From NCBI GenBank assembly GCA_963740315.1, contig CAVUDP010000002.1, forward strand, positions 2,560,001 through 2,624,000: a DNA stretch of 64,000 nt. Direction: 5' to 3'. The stretch's first letter is position 1. Every line of letters starts with the position of its first letter. Position numbers and translations under genes: made by a program. Positions 61,272 through 64,000 of this stretch are shown one piece after another. This DNA is from an uncultured cyanobacterium. Its GTDB lineage: Bacteria; Cyanobacteriota; Cyanobacteriia; Cyanobacteriales; Nostocaceae. The notes below the pieces were generated by a model. It searched no databases. It was given only the letters and a program-made list of their open reading frames with translations, and was not told the origin of the DNA.

Positions 61272-61580
61272 TTATACAGAGTAAGCAGATTTTGATCCAG
61301 ATGCAGCATTACTTCCGTTTACGTCAGCAAAACTAAAGGTAAGAGTTTCGGACAAAGTGTTTGCACCTGCACCTTCTGCTATAGCTTCAGCATCAGCCGC
61401 ATTGTCCTTTATGTTTGCTTCAGATTGAAAGTACTTATCGACATAAATTTCGACATACTCATTGATGTCTATATATTTAAAGAAGTCAAAGCCACGACCA
61501 CCTTTACCACCTTTATCATGTCCACCTACAATCTCTGTTCCTTCAACTGTTTCGATGTGGTTTAAATCTAAGATATTCAT
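61272..61580 (-). CDS. Small secreted protein with double-glycine leader
   Basis: MNILDLNHIETVEGTEIVGG leader; beta-patterned 82-aa mature part; next to PPIase and HlyD genes. Confidence 0.75.
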   Translation of the reverse strand: MNILDLNHIETVEGTEIVGGHDKGGKGGRGFDFFKYIDINEYVEIYVDKYFQSEANIKDNAADAEAIAEGAGANTLSETLTFSFADVNGSNAASGSKSAYSV

Positions 61581-61952
61581 GAGATTCTCCTGGGAATTTG
61601 TTTGTCTTTTTCTGGGAATTTGTGTAAGCTTTCTTTTCTGCTGCTTACATTTACAACTATATATTTATCATTATTAAAAGTCAACCTTTTTAGTATAAAA
61701 AAATGTAAATAAAAAACTGTTATTAGTCTATTGAGATATTTAGAAATCTTGTTCATTTATCAACTTAATTTAATATTATAAACGGCAAAAGTTCGGACAT
61801 AAATATAGTTTTTACACCCGGCAAGAATAAGAATAAATTGTATTTTAATCAACAAATATCATAAACAAACCCTATTGTTTAATTATTTATTTGCAATTAT
61901 TGTTAGAGCCTCAATAACGAAAAAATAATTATTACCGAATGCTTATGCCTCC

Positions 61953-62735
61953 TTACGCCTGTTTCAATAAATCTGGTGATGATTGATTTTCAACATTGCC
62001 ATCGAATGAAGTTATAATCTGCATTTGATAGATTTGTTGTTTTAACCAACCATTGAATAAATCTGTAATTATCTGCTCTTGTAACTGCTCGTTCAATTCA
62101 GGTTGAATAATTTCTTCAGCCCAAATCAGATAAACACCTTTAGGAGTCACAATTGGTTTGACAACTTCCGGCGGAGTAGCAGCAAAAACACTACTGGCAA
62201 TTTCTGGACGAAAATCTTTGCGCCGTCGAACTCCTTGATATCCACCAGCACGACGCAATTGTGGATTTGAGATATACTCGCGAGCAATTTCTTGAAAAGT
62301 TAATTCATTTTCTTCGAGAGCGTAAAACAGTTCCAAAGCCAAGTCATAATCATCGAAAACGACTTCATAGGTGACGGCTTTCACAAAATCGAGTTGATTT
62401 TGATAAAAGAAAGCTTCGACGCGATCGCTAAATAAGTGATGCGCCACCTTTTTAGAAAGCACCGTGTTATAGACTAATTCTTCAAACTCATCCACAGAAA
62501 GATGATGTGATTTCAACCAAGCGAAAGTGTCTGCTGCTTTGACAAGTTTTTTCGCGAATCTCAACCTGTCTCCTTCCTGCTGTAATTCTTCCTCCTCAAC
62601 GGTAATACCTGCTTTTTCAGCAGTTTCGGCGATAATTTTTCGAGTCGCTATCCCCTCGATCGCACCAGGAATTTGACAAGACATTTTCAAATGATGGATT
62701 ACCTCTGTAGGTGATATAGATAAAACGTTTGACAT
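61953..62735 (-). CDS. Parvulin-type peptidylprolyl isomerase associated with peptide ABC exporters
   Basis: FQEIAREY, RAGGYQG, RPEIASSVFAA, KPIVTPKGVYLI. Confidence 0.85.
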   Translation of the reverse strand: MSNVLSISPTEVIHHLKMSCQIPGAIEGIATRKIIAETAEKAGITVEEEELQQEGDRLRFAKKLVKAADTFAWLKSHHLSVDEFEELVYNTVLSKKVAHHLFSDRVEAFFYQNQLDFVKAVTYEVVFDDYDLALELFYALEENELTFQEIAREYISNPQLRRAGGYQGVRRRKDFRPEIASSVFAATPPEVVKPIVTPKGVYLIWAEEIIQPELNEQLQEQIITDLFNGWLKQQIYQMQIITSFDGNVENQSSPDLLKQA

Positions 62736-62987
62736 TGTTAGTTATTGGTAATTGGTAAAAAGGTTAAAGGTTAAAGGTTAAAGGTTAAAGGTTAAAGGTG
62801 TAATAACTCCTTACCCCCTCTCCCCCTCTCCCCATCCCCCCATCTCCCCATCTCCCCATCTCCCCCTCTCCCCCTCTCCCCATCTCCCCCTCTCCCCCTC
62901 TCCCCCTCCCCCCATCTCCCCATCTCCCCATCTCCCCCTCTCCCCATCTCCCCCTCTCCCCCTCTCCCCATCCCCCCATCTCCCCAT

Positions 62988-64000
62988 TCACAACTCCAAT
63001 CCTCCTTTTTGCATTTTCTTAAATGGATCTAAAAGAAAATCGATCGCACGACGCTGACGAACAATTACTTCAGCCTGTGCTGTCTGCCCTGGGGTTAAGG
63101 GAATGCGGCGAGATCCATTTTCGATATACGGCTTATCAAGCGCGATTCTTAATTCATAAGTTTCAGCCCCACCTTGGTTTGTTGATTCAACTTTTGAGTC
63201 TGGAGAAATCCAGCTAACTTTCCCCGGTACAATTCCATATTCTTGGAAAGGATAAGCATCAAACTTGACTTTTACCGGCATTCCCGTTTTTACGAAACCA
63301 GTTTCCTTGACTGGCATTGTAGCTTTGAGAATGAAACCGCTGTCTTTGGGGGCAATTCTGGCGATTCTTTGTCCGGGTTGTAACACTTCTCCGGGCTTAG
63401 TTACGGGTAACTCAAAAACTATGCCATCAATTGGCGATCGCACTATTCGCTGTTTAATCTGAATGTTTAGGGAAGTTATCTCGCTTCGAGTTTGAGCAAT
63501 TTGTGATTTGTTTGAATTTATCTGTCTTTGCAAGTCTTTAATTTGCTCGCTTGTCTTTAACAGAGCCAGTTTTCCAGCACTTACCGCGCTTTGATAACTG
63601 CTATTTTGTTCGGCTAGTTGCAGTTTGGCTTGTTCAATATCAGATTCCAACTGATTCATTATTGTCTGATAGCGATTTGTTTCTTCAGCTAAACGCAATT
63701 GAGCTTGCTTGATGTCGGATTCAGTTTTCTGGTAAACTCGTTTGCTTTCTTGCTGTTCTTTTCTAAGATTGTCAATTTGGGAAGCAGAGACTGCACCATC
63801 TTTCAAAAGTTTGCTAAAACGTTCGACTTGGTTTTTGTCTATATCTAAACGAGCCTGCGCCGATTTGCGTTCGTTAAGAGTTGTTTCAATCTGTTGCTTG
63901 GCTTGATTGACTAATGATTGTTTCTCTAACTTTTGTAAATTATAAGTACTTTGTTTAGCATTCAGATTCTGAATCGCTTGATTAACCTGGGCTTGTTTTT
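62988..64000 (-). CDS. HlyD family T1SS membrane-fusion protein (5' part outside window)
   Basis: [39 protein letters not shown]; frame stays open to the window edge. Confidence 0.92.
   Translation of the reverse strand, partial: KQAQVNQAIQNLNAKQSTYNLQKLEKQSLVNQAKQQIETTLNERKSAQARLDIDKNQVERFSKLLKDGAVSASQIDNLRKEQQESKRVYQKTESDIKQAQLRLAEETNRYQTIMNQLESDIEQAKLQLAEQNSSYQSAVSAGKLALLKTSEQIKDLQRQINSNKSQIAQTRSEITSLNIQIKQRIVRSPIDGIVFELPVTKPGEVLQPGQRIARIAPKDSGFILKATMPVKETGFVKTGMPVKVKFDAYPFQEYGIVPGKVSWISPDSKVESTNQGGAETYELRIALDKPYIENGSRRIPLTPGQTAQAEVIVRQRRAIDFLLDPFKKMQKGGLEL

Larger units (their letters stand above)
1..64000. repeat. HIP1 octamer GCGATCGC, highly iterated throughout
   Basis: Many occurrences in coding and non-coding DNA (e.g. 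near 4882, 6983, 12928, 19010). Confidence 0.95.

Noticed and set aside
62785..62991. Gly/Arg/Trp-rich 68-aa ORF (also 21304-21579 and 22473-22691)
   Set aside because: Translations of (CCCCATCT/CCCCCTCT)n repeat arrays

Overview
AT-rich chromosomal window from a filamentous, probably heterocyst-forming cyanobacterium (many HIP1 GCGATCGC sites, heptameric STRR arrays, Nostocales-like gene set; taxonomy is inferred). Housekeeping genes (rpe, uvrB, msrB, nfu-type scaffold, lepA, tamB-like, GH57, kinases, an AphC-like bilin photosensor) are mixed with accessory genes and many tiny repeats. The best candidate for an undescribed system is at 11.6-15.8 kb. There, a NACHT-HEAT (NLR-like) protein with no N-terminal effector ends in an N/Q/G-rich motif (ANIGNVAxxVQGNQ). 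The same motif starts a small downstream protein, and a paralog of that protein has the motif degenerated and amplified six times. A ParDE pair sits between them. This looks like amyloid-type NLR signalling with inverted polarity plus a possible decoy. Other highlights: a glutaminase gene broken by two ~20-nt insertions into HIP1 sites; nested small dispersed repeats; a REP-like palindrome inside an amidase ORF; a minimal ATP-dependent DNA ligase with a LexA box; three glycine-zipper/11-mer-repeat genes; a ~210-nt structured ncRNA candidate; and a T1SS / double-glycine-leader / PEP-CTERM cluster at the right edge. All calls come from reading the sequence by eye; no searches were run.
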